From positions 13,910 through 77,909 of the forward strand of contig JALHMH010000022.1 of NCBI GenBank assembly GCA_022844165.1: DNA of 64,000 nucleotides, given 5' to 3'. Under the pieces are notes generated by a model. The model had not been told where the DNA came from. It saw nothing but the letters and a program-made list of their open reading frames with translations, and made no database searches. This document shows, in pieces, positions 29,640 through 39,661 of this stretch. Each line of letters starts with the position of its first letter. Position 1 is the stretch's first letter. The position numbers and the translations under genes are program-made. This DNA comes from Lysobacterales bacterium. Lineage in GTDB: Bacteria; Pseudomonadota; Gammaproteobacteria; Xanthomonadales; SZUA-5.

Positions 29640-30922
29640 TTCGTCTCCTCGGCGGGCTCGCCGCGTGCCACCACCACCGCACCGACAAGATCGCCCGTCA
29701 CGTTCACCGTGGTGCGACACATATCGAGAAACCGGTCCACGCCCAAGATCAGGCCGATGCCCTCGGGCGGAATACCGAACATCACCAGAATCGATGCAAT
29801 CACGGGCAAGGATCCGCCCGGCACGCCGGCCGCACCGATGCCGCCGAGAATGCACACGAACAGAATCAGGATCTGTTGCCCGAGTCCCAACTCGACACCA
29901 AAAAACTGCGCCAGAAATAGCACCGTGACGCCCTCGAACAAGGCCGTGCCATTCATGTTCGCCGTCGCACCCAAGGTGCAGACAAAACGTCCGACGCGCC
30001 GCGGCACGCCGAGACGTTCTTCGGCAACCATGAGTGTTGTGGGCAGCGTGGCGGAGCTGGAAGATGTGGAAAACGCCGTCAGGATTGCCGGCTCGGCGCG
30101 TCTGAAAAAATCGATCGGCGAACGCCCGCCGACGTATTTGATCAGCAGCGGAAAGACGACGAAGAAGTGGATCGCCAGCGCCAGCACCACCGTGCCGACG
30201 AAACGCGCCAATTGCGACAGCACATCGAAGCCGAGCCTGGCCGTGATTGCAAACAGCAGCGCCGCGACCGCATACGGCGCCAATCGAATGACCCAGCCGA
30301 TCAGCGTCAGGCAGATGTCATAGACGCCTTGGACTGCACCCAGGAAACTGCGCGTACCATCGCTGCGAATCACGGTGGCGGCGACACCGAACATCAAAGC
30401 GAAAAACATCACCGCGATCAGTTCGCCATTGGCCGCCGCCTGGATCGGGTTTTTCGGCACGATGTTGAGCAATAGATCGATGCCGCTGATCGCTTGCTGC
30501 TTTTCGACAATCGCCGCAGAGTTCGCTTGCGACGACGCGAGCAGAGCCTGACCTGTCTCCGGAGGCAGACCTGTGCCAGGCTGTAGAACATTGACGGCGA
30601 CGAGCCCGATCAGCACAGCGACGCCGGTGACGACCATGATGTAAGTCAAGGTCCGCAACCCGATCCGCCCTAAGGCCGAGGGTTGACCGATTTCGACCAC
30701 GCCCAATACCAGTGCCGAAAACACCAGGGGCACGACGAGCATGAAGAGCAACCGAAGAAACAACTGCCCGACCGGATTGGCAACGTAGGTCACCACCCAG
30801 TTCAACCACTCCTGGCCGCCGGCGAAGACATTCGCTGACAAACCAGCAACGATGCCGACGATGAAGCCGATCAACATCTTGGTATGTAGCGACATACCGC
30901 CTGGCGCATCGGTTCCGCTCAT
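29636..30922 (-). CDS. Dicarboxylate/amino acid:cation symporter (DAACS family)
   Basis: FLRLLFMLVVPLVF, AFSTSSSSATLP, GATANMNGTALF, DRFLDMCRTTVNVTGD. Confidence 0.94.
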   Translation of the reverse strand: MSGTDAPGGMSLHTKMLIGFIVGIVAGLSANVFAGGQEWLNWVVTYVANPVGQLFLRLLFMLVVPLVFSALVLGVVEIGQPSALGRIGLRTLTYIMVVTGVAVLIGLVAVNVLQPGTGLPPETGQALLASSQANSAAIVEKQQAISGIDLLLNIVPKNPIQAAANGELIAVMFFALMFGVAATVIRSDGTRSFLGAVQGVYDICLTLIGWVIRLAPYAVAALLFAITARLGFDVLSQLARFVGTVVLALAIHFFVVFPLLIKYVGGRSPIDFFRRAEPAILTAFSTSSSSATLPTTLMVAEERLGVPRRVGRFVCTLGATANMNGTALFEGVTVLFLAQFFGVELGLGQQILILFVCILGGIGAAGVPGGSLPVIASILVMFGIPPEGIGLILGVDRFLDMCRTTVNVTGDLVGAVVVARGEPAEETK

Positions 30923-31089
30923 GTGCCTGATCCAGTTGTGAAGTCCGCGCGAAGAATAGACGTTGCGGAGTGCTTGCGTCGCGGCTTGGTGCGTTGCAGC
31001 ATCAGAACAGCGATCGCAAGCACGGACTTTAACGCCTGATCGCCGATCGCCCTGCACATTCAGACAATTCCCAACTGCCAGCAAATCGA

Positions 31090-32601
31090 ATGGACTACCT
31101 GCGCGCCATCCTCACTTCTCGCGTTTACGATGTCGCGATCGAATCGCCGTTGACCCACGCGAAGCGCCTGAGCGCACGCATCGGCCATCGCGTGCTGCTC
31201 AAGCGCGAGGACTTGCAACCGGTGTTTTCGTTCAAGTTGCGCGGCGCCTACAACAAAATGGCAGCATTGACGGACGCAGAGCGCAACGCGGGCGTGCTTG
31301 CGGTTTCAGCCGGCAATCATGCGCAAGGTGTTGCGCTGGCGGCACGCGAGCTGAAGTGCGCGGCGACGATTGTCATGCCAGGCACGACGCCCTCGATCAA
31401 AGTCGATGCTGTGCAGGCGCTCGGCGCCACGGTGGTATTGGAAGGCGATAGTTACGATGCCGCGGCGGCGGTCGGCAAAAAAATTGCGGCCGAACGTGGA
31501 CTGACGTTCATCCACCCGTTCGACGATCCGCTGATCATCGCGGGACAAGGCACCGTGGGCATGGAGTTGCTACGCCAACATTCGGGTCGACTCGATGCGG
31601 TGTTCATCCCGGTGGGCGGCGGCGGCCTTGCCGCCGGCATGGCGGCCTACATCAAAGCACTCCGGCCGGAGATTAGAGTCATCGGTGTTGAGCCGGACGA
31701 TGCCGCCTGTCTTAAGGCCGCGCTCGACAAGGGCGAGCCAACGACACTCGAGCAAGTGGGATTGTTCGTCGACGGCGTAGCGGTCAAGCGCGTCGGCGAC
31801 CATACCTTCGCGGTCTTGAAAGACCACATCGATCAAATGGTGCTGGTCAACACCGACGAGATTTGTGCGGCGATCAAAGACGTCTTCGACGACACCCGCG
31901 TGATGCTGGAACCGGCCGGCGCGCTGGCGGTGGCGGGCCTGAAACGCTACGCCGAATCGCTGCCGCCCGGTGCGGTCCTGTGCGCTGTCGCCAGCGGCGC
32001 TAACGTCAACTTTGATCGGTTGCGCCATGTCGCCGAGCGCGCCGAGATCGGCGAGTCGTTTGAGGCGGTGTTTGGCGTAACGATCCCAGAGCAGCCCGGT
32101 AGCTTTCTGAACTTCTGCCGCACGCTGGGTCCGCGCAGCATCACCGAGTTCAACTATCGCTATGCGACCAATGGTCCGGCGCAGATCTTTGTCGGTCTGG
32201 CGCTTCGCCGCGGCGCGGCCGAACGCGCTGAGATTGCCGATGCGTTGTCGGGGGCCGGCTACGGCGCGCACGATTACACCGACAACGAACTGGCGAAACT
32301 GCACGTGCGCCATCTGGTCGGCGGCCGCGCGCCGGTGCAAGGCGTGGAGCGCGTGTACCGTTTCGAATTCCCCGAGCGTCCCGGGGCGCTGCTGCGTTTC
32401 CTGGAAACGCTCGGCACACATTGGAACATCACGCTATTCCATTACCGCAGTCACGGCGCTGCATATGGCCGCGTGTTCGCTGGCATCGAGATGCGTTCGC
32501 CGGAGGAACGATCTGCGTTGGAAGCAGACCTGCGCGCGATCGGCTACGATGCTTTCGATGAGACGGATAATCCGGTGGTAGAGCAGTTCTTGCGGGGATG
32601 A
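31090..32601 (+). CDS. ilvA: Biosynthetic threonine ammonia-lyase
   Basis: KREDLQPVFSFKLRGA, SAGNHAQG, two C-terminal ACT-like domains (IPEQPGSF, FPERPGAL). Confidence 0.96.
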   Translation: MDYLRAILTSRVYDVAIESPLTHAKRLSARIGHRVLLKREDLQPVFSFKLRGAYNKMAALTDAERNAGVLAVSAGNHAQGVALAARELKCAATIVMPGTTPSIKVDAVQALGATVVLEGDSYDAAAAVGKKIAAERGLTFIHPFDDPLIIAGQGTVGMELLRQHSGRLDAVFIPVGGGGLAAGMAAYIKALRPEIRVIGVEPDDAACLKAALDKGEPTTLEQVGLFVDGVAVKRVGDHTFAVLKDHIDQMVLVNTDEICAAIKDVFDDTRVMLEPAGALAVAGLKRYAESLPPGAVLCAVASGANVNFDRLRHVAERAEIGESFEAVFGVTIPEQPGSFLNFCRTLGPRSITEFNYRYATNGPAQIFVGLALRRGAAERAEIADALSGAGYGAHDYTDNELAKLHVRHLVGGRAPVQGVERVYRFEFPERPGALLRFLETLGTHWNITLFHYRSHGAAYGRVFAGIEMRSPEERSALEADLRAIGYDAFDETDNPVVEQFLRG

Positions 32602-32683
32602 GTGTGAGTCCACGCAAAACGATCGACTTCGTTTCGGACCGGACGGCATCTCGGCGGACGCTTGATAGGACTGGGTGAGATTG

Positions 32684-33850
32684 ATGTCTGAAACCGCAAC
32701 TTCCATCCACATTGCCGGTGCCGGGCTGGTCGGCCTGTCGCTGGCGCTGGCACTCAAGTCTCGCGGTATCGCGGTTACGCTCTCCGAGCGCGGCCCAGAC
32801 CCGGCAACAACAAACGGACCCGATGAGCGCCATCTGGCCCTCGCCGAACGCAGTGCTCAATTTCTGGCGAGCCTGGGTCTTAAGCGCTTCTTCGAGGAGC
32901 ACGGCGAAGTAATCGCTCGCATCCACGTCAGCAGCGCAGGCGAATTTGGCGTCACGCGGCTGGTCGCCCATGATCAGGGGCTCAAGCGCTTCGGCGTGGT
33001 GGTGCCGGCGCGTAAGCTGCTGCTCGCGTTGCGCGATGCGGCAGCGCAACCCGGCATTGAACTGCGCTTCGGCGATGGCGTGACGAGCGCCGAAGACAGT
33101 GAAACAGACATCGCCGCGACGACAGCGACCGGCTCGCGCATTCACTCGCGTTTGCTGGTCATCGCCGACGGCGCGGAATCGAGCTTGCGCTCGGCAAGCG
33201 GCATTGACGCTGAGGTTTTCGATTATGAGCAAGATGCCGTCGTTGCTGCGATCGATACCGAGCGGGCAGCCAACGGTGAAGCCTTCGAACGACTGCTGCG
33301 AAACGGCCTCGTCGCCTTGTTGCCCCAGCGCGGAACGCGCGCGGGCGTGGTGTTTGTTCAGCCCCGCGAGCGCGCGTCCGAGTTGATGGCTCTGGGCGAT
33401 GACGACTATCTCTCCGAGCTGCAAACGACATTCGGTTACCGCCTTGGGCGCCTGCGGCGCATCGGGCCGCGCGTGCGCTGGCCGCTGCGCCGAGTGATGG
33501 CACAGGCGCTGATCGCTCCGCGGCGCGTCGTCATCGGCAACGCCGCTCAGTCGGTCCACCCGATCGGCGCGCAGGGACTCAATCTCGGTCTACGCGATGT
33601 GGCCGATCTGGTCGACTCGCTGGGCCACGATCCAGGCGATGCCGATGCGTTGGCGCGCTACGCGCTGCAACGGATGCCCGACCGACTCGGGGTCTGTCGT
33701 CAAACGCATCTGCTCGCGCTGGGAACCCAACTGCGCTCCCCGCTGGCGGCATTGGCGCGAAGTGCGGCATTGGCTGCAGCGGATCGGTTGCTGCCACTTC
33801 GAGATCACTTGACACTGCGCGGCATGGGCTGGGGTGGAGCAGCCGTATGA
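32684..33850 (+). CDS. ubiH: FAD-dependent 2-octaprenyl-6-methoxyphenol hydroxylase
   Basis: GAGLVG, ADGAES, GNAAQSVHPIGAQGLNLGLRD. Confidence 0.85.
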   Translation: MSETATSIHIAGAGLVGLSLALALKSRGIAVTLSERGPDPATTNGPDERHLALAERSAQFLASLGLKRFFEEHGEVIARIHVSSAGEFGVTRLVAHDQGLKRFGVVVPARKLLLALRDAAAQPGIELRFGDGVTSAEDSETDIAATTATGSRIHSRLLVIADGAESSLRSASGIDAEVFDYEQDAVVAAIDTERAANGEAFERLLRNGLVALLPQRGTRAGVVFVQPRERASELMALGDDDYLSELQTTFGYRLGRLRRIGPRVRWPLRRVMAQALIAPRRVVIGNAAQSVHPIGAQGLNLGLRDVADLVDSLGHDPGDADALARYALQRMPDRLGVCRQTHLLALGTQLRSPLAALARSAALAAADRLLPLRDHLTLRGMGWGGAAV

Positions 33851-35010
33851 GCAAACGGATCAAGACCGATGTGCTGGTCGTTGGCGCCGGCATGGTGGGC
33901 TCGGCGCTGGCGCTCGGTCTGGTGCAGCGTGGCCTTGATGTTCGCATCGTCGATCAGCGTTGGCCGCCGCTGCCGGAGGGCGAATTCGACTTGCGCGTTG
34001 TGGCGCTCTCGGGGCAGTCGATCGCCCTGCTCGACCGGCTCGGAGTCTGGTCGCAGATCGCGGCTTCGCGCACCGCAGCGTATCGCCGCATGCACGTCAT
34101 CGATGGCACGAGCGAGGCGTTTATCGAGTTCGACGCGCGCGAGTACGGCTGGCCGCAGCTCGGGGTCATCGTCGAAAACCAACGCATCGCGGCGCTGCTC
34201 GCTGAGCGCCTCGGCGTGCAACGGCTCGACGACGGCCTGAGCGAGATCGATGGCACGCGCTGCACGCTTGCCAGCGGCGACCGCGTCGACGCGCAACTGG
34301 TGATCGCGGCGGATGGCGCCGCATCGCCGCTGCGCGAACGCCTGCTGATCGATAGCGATGGGCGCAGTTACGCGCAATCCGCCCTGGTCGCGCATGTGCG
34401 CTGCGAACGCCCGCGAAGCGGCCTCGCCTGGCAACGCTTCCTGGACGGCGGCCCGCTGGCTCTGTTGCCATTGCCCGACGGGCGGGCATCGATGGTGTGG
34501 AGTGTTCCGATCGAGCGTGCGACTCGACTGATGGCGGCAACCGGCACAGAGGTCGAGCGCGCGCTCGCGACCGCCAGCGGTCGCCAGTTCGGCGCCATCG
34601 CGCTGACCACACCCTTGGCCCAATTTCCGCTGCGCTGGCATGTGGCACGAACATTCGCGACCGAAAACGTGGTGTTGGTCGGCGATGCCGCCCATACCGT
34701 GCACCCACTTGCCGGCCAGGGCGTGAATCTGGGCTTTGCCGATGTCGACTGCTTGTTGGCATATGCCGATCGTGCCCTGAAAACCGGTCGGCGCATGCCG
34801 TCGCCCGGTGAGTTGCTTCGCTACAGTCGCGAACGGCGCAGTGAGACAATGCTCGCCGCACGCGCCTTCGATGCTCTGAATGGGTTGTATGCAGCCGGTG
34901 GACCCTGGGTTGCGCTGCGCAGTGCCGGCCTGTCGGCGGTCAATCGTATTGCGCCGCTCAAGCGCAAGTTTGCACAAATCGCAGCAGGGGTTCGATCCGC
35001 AGCCAGCTGA
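33847..35010 (+). CDS. ubiI: UbiI/UbiF-family FAD-dependent hydroxylase
   Basis: GAGMVG, RVVAL, AWQRF, GDAAHTVHPLAGQGVNLG; directly follows ubiH. Confidence 0.75.
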   Translation: MSKRIKTDVLVVGAGMVGSALALGLVQRGLDVRIVDQRWPPLPEGEFDLRVVALSGQSIALLDRLGVWSQIAASRTAAYRRMHVIDGTSEAFIEFDAREYGWPQLGVIVENQRIAALLAERLGVQRLDDGLSEIDGTRCTLASGDRVDAQLVIAADGAASPLRERLLIDSDGRSYAQSALVAHVRCERPRSGLAWQRFLDGGPLALLPLPDGRASMVWSVPIERATRLMAATGTEVERALATASGRQFGAIALTTPLAQFPLRWHVARTFATENVVLVGDAAHTVHPLAGQGVNLGFADVDCLLAYADRALKTGRRMPSPGELLRYSRERRSETMLAARAFDALNGLYAAGGPWVALRSAGLSAVNRIAPLKRKFAQIAAGVRSAAS

Positions 35011-35021
35011 AGCAGCGACCG

Positions 35022-37190
35022 TCAATCCTCAGTCCACACTTGACCTTTCAGGTAAAGCGCCAGGCGCCGCTCGAATGCCGAACGCTGGGCGTCGGTTATG
35101 TCTTCGTTGCCTGGTGTGCCGGCAATCGCCGCCCGCTGAGTTTCGATCGCTTGATCGAATAATCCCGATGCGGCCAAACATGCGGCCAGTGTGTCCTGGT
35201 GGTTTGGGCTCGGCGCTTTGCCGAGCACATCGGAGATGCGTCGGGTGCCGGCTTGCAAATCGCGCACCGCAGGATCGGTGCTGCTGCATTGCACCCACGC
35301 CAGCGAATTGGCCGCTGGCCGCCAGCCAGCGTCTGCCGCCTGTTGCCACCAGCGCAATGCAGCCTGGCGATCCCTGGGCCCGCCGCGGCCAGCGTAAAGC
35401 AGGCGTGCCAGATAGTCGCGCGCTGCGGCGTGTCCGGCCTCAGCAGCTCGCAGGTAATAGGAGCGCGCCAGCGAGAGGTCGATGGTTTGTCCCGCGTGGC
35501 CAAATTGTGCTATCTGGCCCAGGCGAAAACTCGCTGTGGTCTGCCCCTCTTCGTCGAGCTTACGCATCAACGTCATGCCGCGATCGATATCGGTTTGGCT
35601 TCCGCCCTGAACCAGCACGCTCGCCAGGCGCAGTCGTGCACCGAGCATTCCTCCGCCAGCCAATTCCTCGATGATCGACTTGCCGTCGTCCGCATCGCCG
35701 CGCAGCCCCGCGTGACCATCGAGATACAACTCGCCGAGCGCTAGCGCGGCCGCCTGATTGCCACGCGCCGACGCGCTCAGCAACCAGCCCTCAGCTTCGA
35801 CCAGGTCGATCTTCTGGCCTAATTCGCCCTTTAAAAAAGCACGCCCCAGGCGTCGCATCGCGCCAGCATTGCCGGCATCCGCTGCGCGCAGAAAGTAGCG
35901 ATAGGCACGCTCAGGATCGGGCGGCACTTGATTCGAACCGACTTCGGCAACCAGGGCCATCAACGCCAAACCTGCAGGATCTCCTGCCTCAGAAGCAAGT
36001 TGCATCCAGCGCCGCGCCGTCGCCGCATCTTTGCCGCGCCACGCTGCAAGTGCCAGCTGCGCCGACGCGGCGGCAGATCCAGCTTTGGCCGCGCGCTCCA
36101 GCCAGTATCGCAGCCGGTTCGGGGCGACGACTTGCGCTTGCAGAAACGCCGCATCGGGCGAGCCGGCGCGCGCGGCGCGCTCGAGCCGTTGCCTGGCCAG
36201 CGGCGTGCGCCCATCCTGGCCAAGGCTAAAAGCCAGTTGTGCATAGGCAAAATCGGCTTGCGCTTTGCCCAGGCGTTTCGCCGCGTGATCGACATGCCGC
36301 GCAGCCGCGCGTGATTGACCGTCGCGATCCTGCGCCAGCGCCAGCACCAGATGCGCCTCCGACAGCCCACGTTCGGCCAGCGGCTCGATCAATGCGCGAG
36401 CCGACTTCAAGCATGCGCTGTCGTCAGCCACCAGACAGAGTGGCAACAATTCGAAGGCTGCGGGTAGATGTCCATCTAAGGCCAGCCGTTCGATGGCGAC
36501 GCTGGCGTCGTCGAGCTCGATCTTTCCCGAACCCAATCGATCACTGATGTCTGCCAGTTCCGCTGCGGCATTGCGCGCGTTGTTCGCACCCCGCAAGAAC
36601 TGCGCAGTGAGCGCATCCAGATAGGCCGGAAATCGCGCGTCGCGCTGGTCACGATCAAGTCGCTGCCAAACGCGCATAAAGTCGAAATAGAGCTGCCGTT
36701 CGACGCCATCGTGATCCAGGAATATCGCCACAAAGGGCAAACTGCCACCTGCGGCGCCGACTTTGTACCGCCCATACAAGGGCGTCCACCCGGCGCCCTC
36801 AACGAGTGCCGCCGCGTCGGATTCGGTGACGACCTCAATCGGCTTTAGCGCCGACCGCCCGCGCCCGTCGCGTAGCAAAAACTCGCGCTGCGCTTGCAGC
36901 AGTGCCATGGCCTGAGCGCGCGCCGTATCACCTGCAGCGCAACCCGCCATGGCCAACTGCAACGCCGGACTGAACGGCAGAGAATCGCGCGCCCGGCGCA
37001 GGCCCGCACCGTGCTGTGCACAGGCAGCATCGCGATCGCCGCCTGCCGCAAGCGCATCCAGGATCCGGTACTGCGCCAGCACGCCCGGCAACTCAGCGCT
37101 GACCAGAAACTGACCCCAACGCTCAGCCCAAGGATCGGCGTACGCAGGCCTCGCCAGCAACGCGCAGCCAAACGCCAGCCACCGGATCAC
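35022..37190 (-). CDS. Exported Sel1-like/TPR repeat protein
   Basis: Signal peptide from GTG 37190; repeated A-x-x-W/Y-x-x-A-A-x-x-G-x-x-x-A units; C-terminal NSLAW..DTLAACLA. Confidence 0.8.
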   Translation of the reverse strand: MIRWLAFGCALLARPAYADPWAERWGQFLVSAELPGVLAQYRILDALAAGGDRDAACAQHGAGLRRARDSLPFSPALQLAMAGCAAGDTARAQAMALLQAQREFLLRDGRGRSALKPIEVVTESDAAALVEGAGWTPLYGRYKVGAAGGSLPFVAIFLDHDGVERQLYFDFMRVWQRLDRDQRDARFPAYLDALTAQFLRGANNARNAAAELADISDRLGSGKIELDDASVAIERLALDGHLPAAFELLPLCLVADDSACLKSARALIEPLAERGLSEAHLVLALAQDRDGQSRAAARHVDHAAKRLGKAQADFAYAQLAFSLGQDGRTPLARQRLERAARAGSPDAAFLQAQVVAPNRLRYWLERAAKAGSAAASAQLALAAWRGKDAATARRWMQLASEAGDPAGLALMALVAEVGSNQVPPDPERAYRYFLRAADAGNAGAMRRLGRAFLKGELGQKIDLVEAEGWLLSASARGNQAAALALGELYLDGHAGLRGDADDGKSIIEELAGGGMLGARLRLASVLVQGGSQTDIDRGMTLMRKLDEEGQTTASFRLGQIAQFGHAGQTIDLSLARSYYLRAAEAGHAAARDYLARLLYAGRGGPRDRQAALRWWQQAADAGWRPAANSLAWVQCSSTDPAVRDLQAGTRRISDVLGKAPSPNHQDTLAACLAASGLFDQAIETQRAAIAGTPGNEDITDAQRSAFERRLALYLKGQVWTED

Positions 37191-39229
37191 GGTGCTTTTT
37201 TCTCCGCGGTATGGCGCAATAACCACGCCTCTACGGTGCGATGCCACTGCACCGAGTTATGCGGCTTCAAGATCCAGTGATTTTCATCCGGGAACCACAA
37301 AAACTGGCTGTCGATGCCGCGACGTTGCAAAGCCGTAAATGCCGCAATACCCTGCTCAAACGGAACACGGAAATCGAGCATGCCGTGTGTCACCAACATC
37401 GGCGTGCGCCAGTCTTTGACCAGATTGACCGGATTCTGCTTCTCGAAATCGCCTGGGCGATCGAACGCCGTGCCTTCGAATTCCCACTCATCGAACCACA
37501 GCTCTTCGGTGCTATAGCTCATGAAACGGTTGTCGAGAATGCCGGCATGATTGACGATGCACTGGAACCCATCGTTCCAGGCGCCAGCAATCCAGTTCAT
37601 CATGTAACCGCCGTAACTCGCGCCGAGCGCGCACGCCCGCGAACCATCGAGAAAACTGTATTTCGACAGTGCCGCGGCCATGCCTTTTTTCAGATCGTCC
37701 AGCGGCTTGCCGCCCCAGTCGCCGCGGATCGAGTCAGTGAATGCCTGCCCGTAGCCCGTGGAGCCATGGAAATCGACGAACACCGCTGCGAAACCCTTGC
37801 CCGCATAAGTCTGCGGGTTCCATCGATAGTGGAAGGAATTGCCCATGCTGCCCTGCGGTCCGCCGTGAACGACGAATGCGATCGGGTACTTCTTGGCTGG
37901 ATCGAAATCGACCGGTTTGACCACCCACGCGTACACCGTTTCTCCGTTCCAACCGGAAAACGAGAACTGCTCGAAAGCACCGAATTTAAGCTGCGCCAGA
38001 ACGTCGCGGTTGACGTTCGTCAGTTGTGTGGTTGCACCACCCTTCAAAGCGAGCGAATGGATGTCTGCTGGCGAATCCAGATCGTCGAGCACCACATAGA
38101 TGCGATCTTTGCCCACCGCGAAGCCACTCACCGCACCGGACTCGGTCAAGCGCGTGGTTTTGCCACTCTTGACGTCGATGGCGAAGAGTCGCCGCTGACC
38201 GAGATCGTCGGCATAGCTGTAAATCGTGCGACCGTCGTTCGATAACGTCAGTCCGTCGGGCGATCGATCCCAAGCCGGCGCGACTTCGCGTGTGGCGCCG
38301 GTGGCGAGCACACGCTCCATGATGCGATTGCGGTCGGCCTCATACCCAGCGCGCGCCATCGAACGCCAATACAAGCGCTTACCATCCGCCGAATACACTG
38401 GGGTGTTGTCGTAGCCAGGGAATTCGGCCGTCAGGTTCTTCGGCTCGCCACCCGACAGCGAGACGTTGTACAAATCGGTATTGGTCGACCACGGCTCACT
38501 CTTGCCGGCGATGCGCAGCGTGAACGTAATACTGGCGCTGTCTGGCGTGAAAGCGACCTCACCCAGATCGCCGAACGGTTTCGTCGGCGCGTCGCCATCC
38601 AGACCCTTGCTCACCCAGCGCGGATTCGCCGCGCCCTCGTCCGTGACATCGAACACAAACAGTTGCGAGCGCGTACCAGTTTTCCAGGTGTCCCAGTGCC
38701 GAATGAACAGCTTGTCGTGCAGCGTGCCGGTGTGTTTCTCTTCCGTGTCCGCCGCAGCTTTCTGCTTCGTGCAATCGAAGTCCGCGCCGCATTCTGGATA
38801 CACATCGAGCGCTACCGCCAGCTTCTTGCCATCCGGCGACAGCAAGAAACCGCCTACGTCGAGTGGCAAAGAGGTGATCGGCTGCGCTTCCCCGGGGCCA
38901 TTGAATGCCCACACCTGCATCGATCCCGATCGCGAAGACAAGAAGTACAGCGCACCGCCCGCATAGCGCGGATGCATCGAACTCGATCCGGTTTGCGTCA
39001 AGCGCCGCGGCACGGCGCCAGCCTTCAGGTCCAACTCGAAAATGCCCTGCGTAGCCTTGTTCGCGTCGTAGTCCGTTTCACGCAGGACAAACGCGAGCGC
39101 TTTGCCATCTGGTTTGAGCTGTGCATCCGATACGCGCTTGAGGCGCACCAGATCGTCGACATCGAAGGCCTTCTGCGAAGCGGCCAAGGCCGGCAACGCG
39201 AACAGCAGAGACAGGGCAAGTAGACGCAT
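37187..39229 (-). CDS. S9 family peptidase (dipeptidyl-peptidase 5 / acylaminoacyl-peptidase-like)
   Basis: Signal peptide, beta-propeller region, HGGPQG, GASYGG, DFRVP, DENHW. Confidence 0.93.
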   Translation of the reverse strand: MRLLALSLLFALPALAASQKAFDVDDLVRLKRVSDAQLKPDGKALAFVLRETDYDANKATQGIFELDLKAGAVPRRLTQTGSSSMHPRYAGGALYFLSSRSGSMQVWAFNGPGEAQPITSLPLDVGGFLLSPDGKKLAVALDVYPECGADFDCTKQKAAADTEEKHTGTLHDKLFIRHWDTWKTGTRSQLFVFDVTDEGAANPRWVSKGLDGDAPTKPFGDLGEVAFTPDSASITFTLRIAGKSEPWSTNTDLYNVSLSGGEPKNLTAEFPGYDNTPVYSADGKRLYWRSMARAGYEADRNRIMERVLATGATREVAPAWDRSPDGLTLSNDGRTIYSYADDLGQRRLFAIDVKSGKTTRLTESGAVSGFAVGKDRIYVVLDDLDSPADIHSLALKGGATTQLTNVNRDVLAQLKFGAFEQFSFSGWNGETVYAWVVKPVDFDPAKKYPIAFVVHGGPQGSMGNSFHYRWNPQTYAGKGFAAVFVDFHGSTGYGQAFTDSIRGDWGGKPLDDLKKGMAAALSKYSFLDGSRACALGASYGGYMMNWIAGAWNDGFQCIVNHAGILDNRFMSYSTEELWFDEWEFEGTAFDRPGDFEKQNPVNLVKDWRTPMLVTHGMLDFRVPFEQGIAAFTALQRRGIDSQFLWFPDENHWILKPHNSVQWHRTVEAWLLRHTAEKKAP

Positions 39230-39364
39230 GGCAGACCCGTAGTCATAAGAGGGGTACTAAGTCTGCCATGTCCCGATTCGCGAACGGGAATGGATCCGCT
39301 CATTCACGGTGACGAGTTCACGCTTTGCTGCGCGAGCTTCGAACGCGTGAGACCTTTGTCGGCC

Positions 39365-39643
39365 TCACACGTCCGGGCACTGGTGTTTGTCTCTTAGGTT
39401 TGCGTAGCAGAAGTCGCAGACCACGGCAAAGTTATTGAACTGCCGAAACCGCTCTGTCATGTCGCCTTCGGCGAGAAAAAGAGATTCGCAAGCATCGCAC
39501 CAGGCCTGAAGATTCTCCGGGTCTGAGCTGTTTTCCACGAACCCCACCCTCCCATCCCTAGACTGAATCAAGTGGCAACAAACGACGGCCGCTACGCGGG
39601 TTCCGTGCGTGCCGCAGCGGATTGTGGAAGGCGCGCTGCTCAA
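39365..39643 (-). CDS. Small Cys/His-rich hypothetical protein
   Basis: 92 aa with CGTH, CCH, WCDAC and VCDFC; co-oriented with neighbours; TTG start. Confidence 0.65.
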   Translation of the reverse strand: MSSAPSTIRCGTHGTRVAAVVCCHLIQSRDGRVGFVENSSDPENLQAWCDACESLFLAEGDMTERFRQFNNFAVVCDFCYANLRDKHQCPDV

Positions 39644-39661
39644 CGATCTGCCTCGCCGCTC

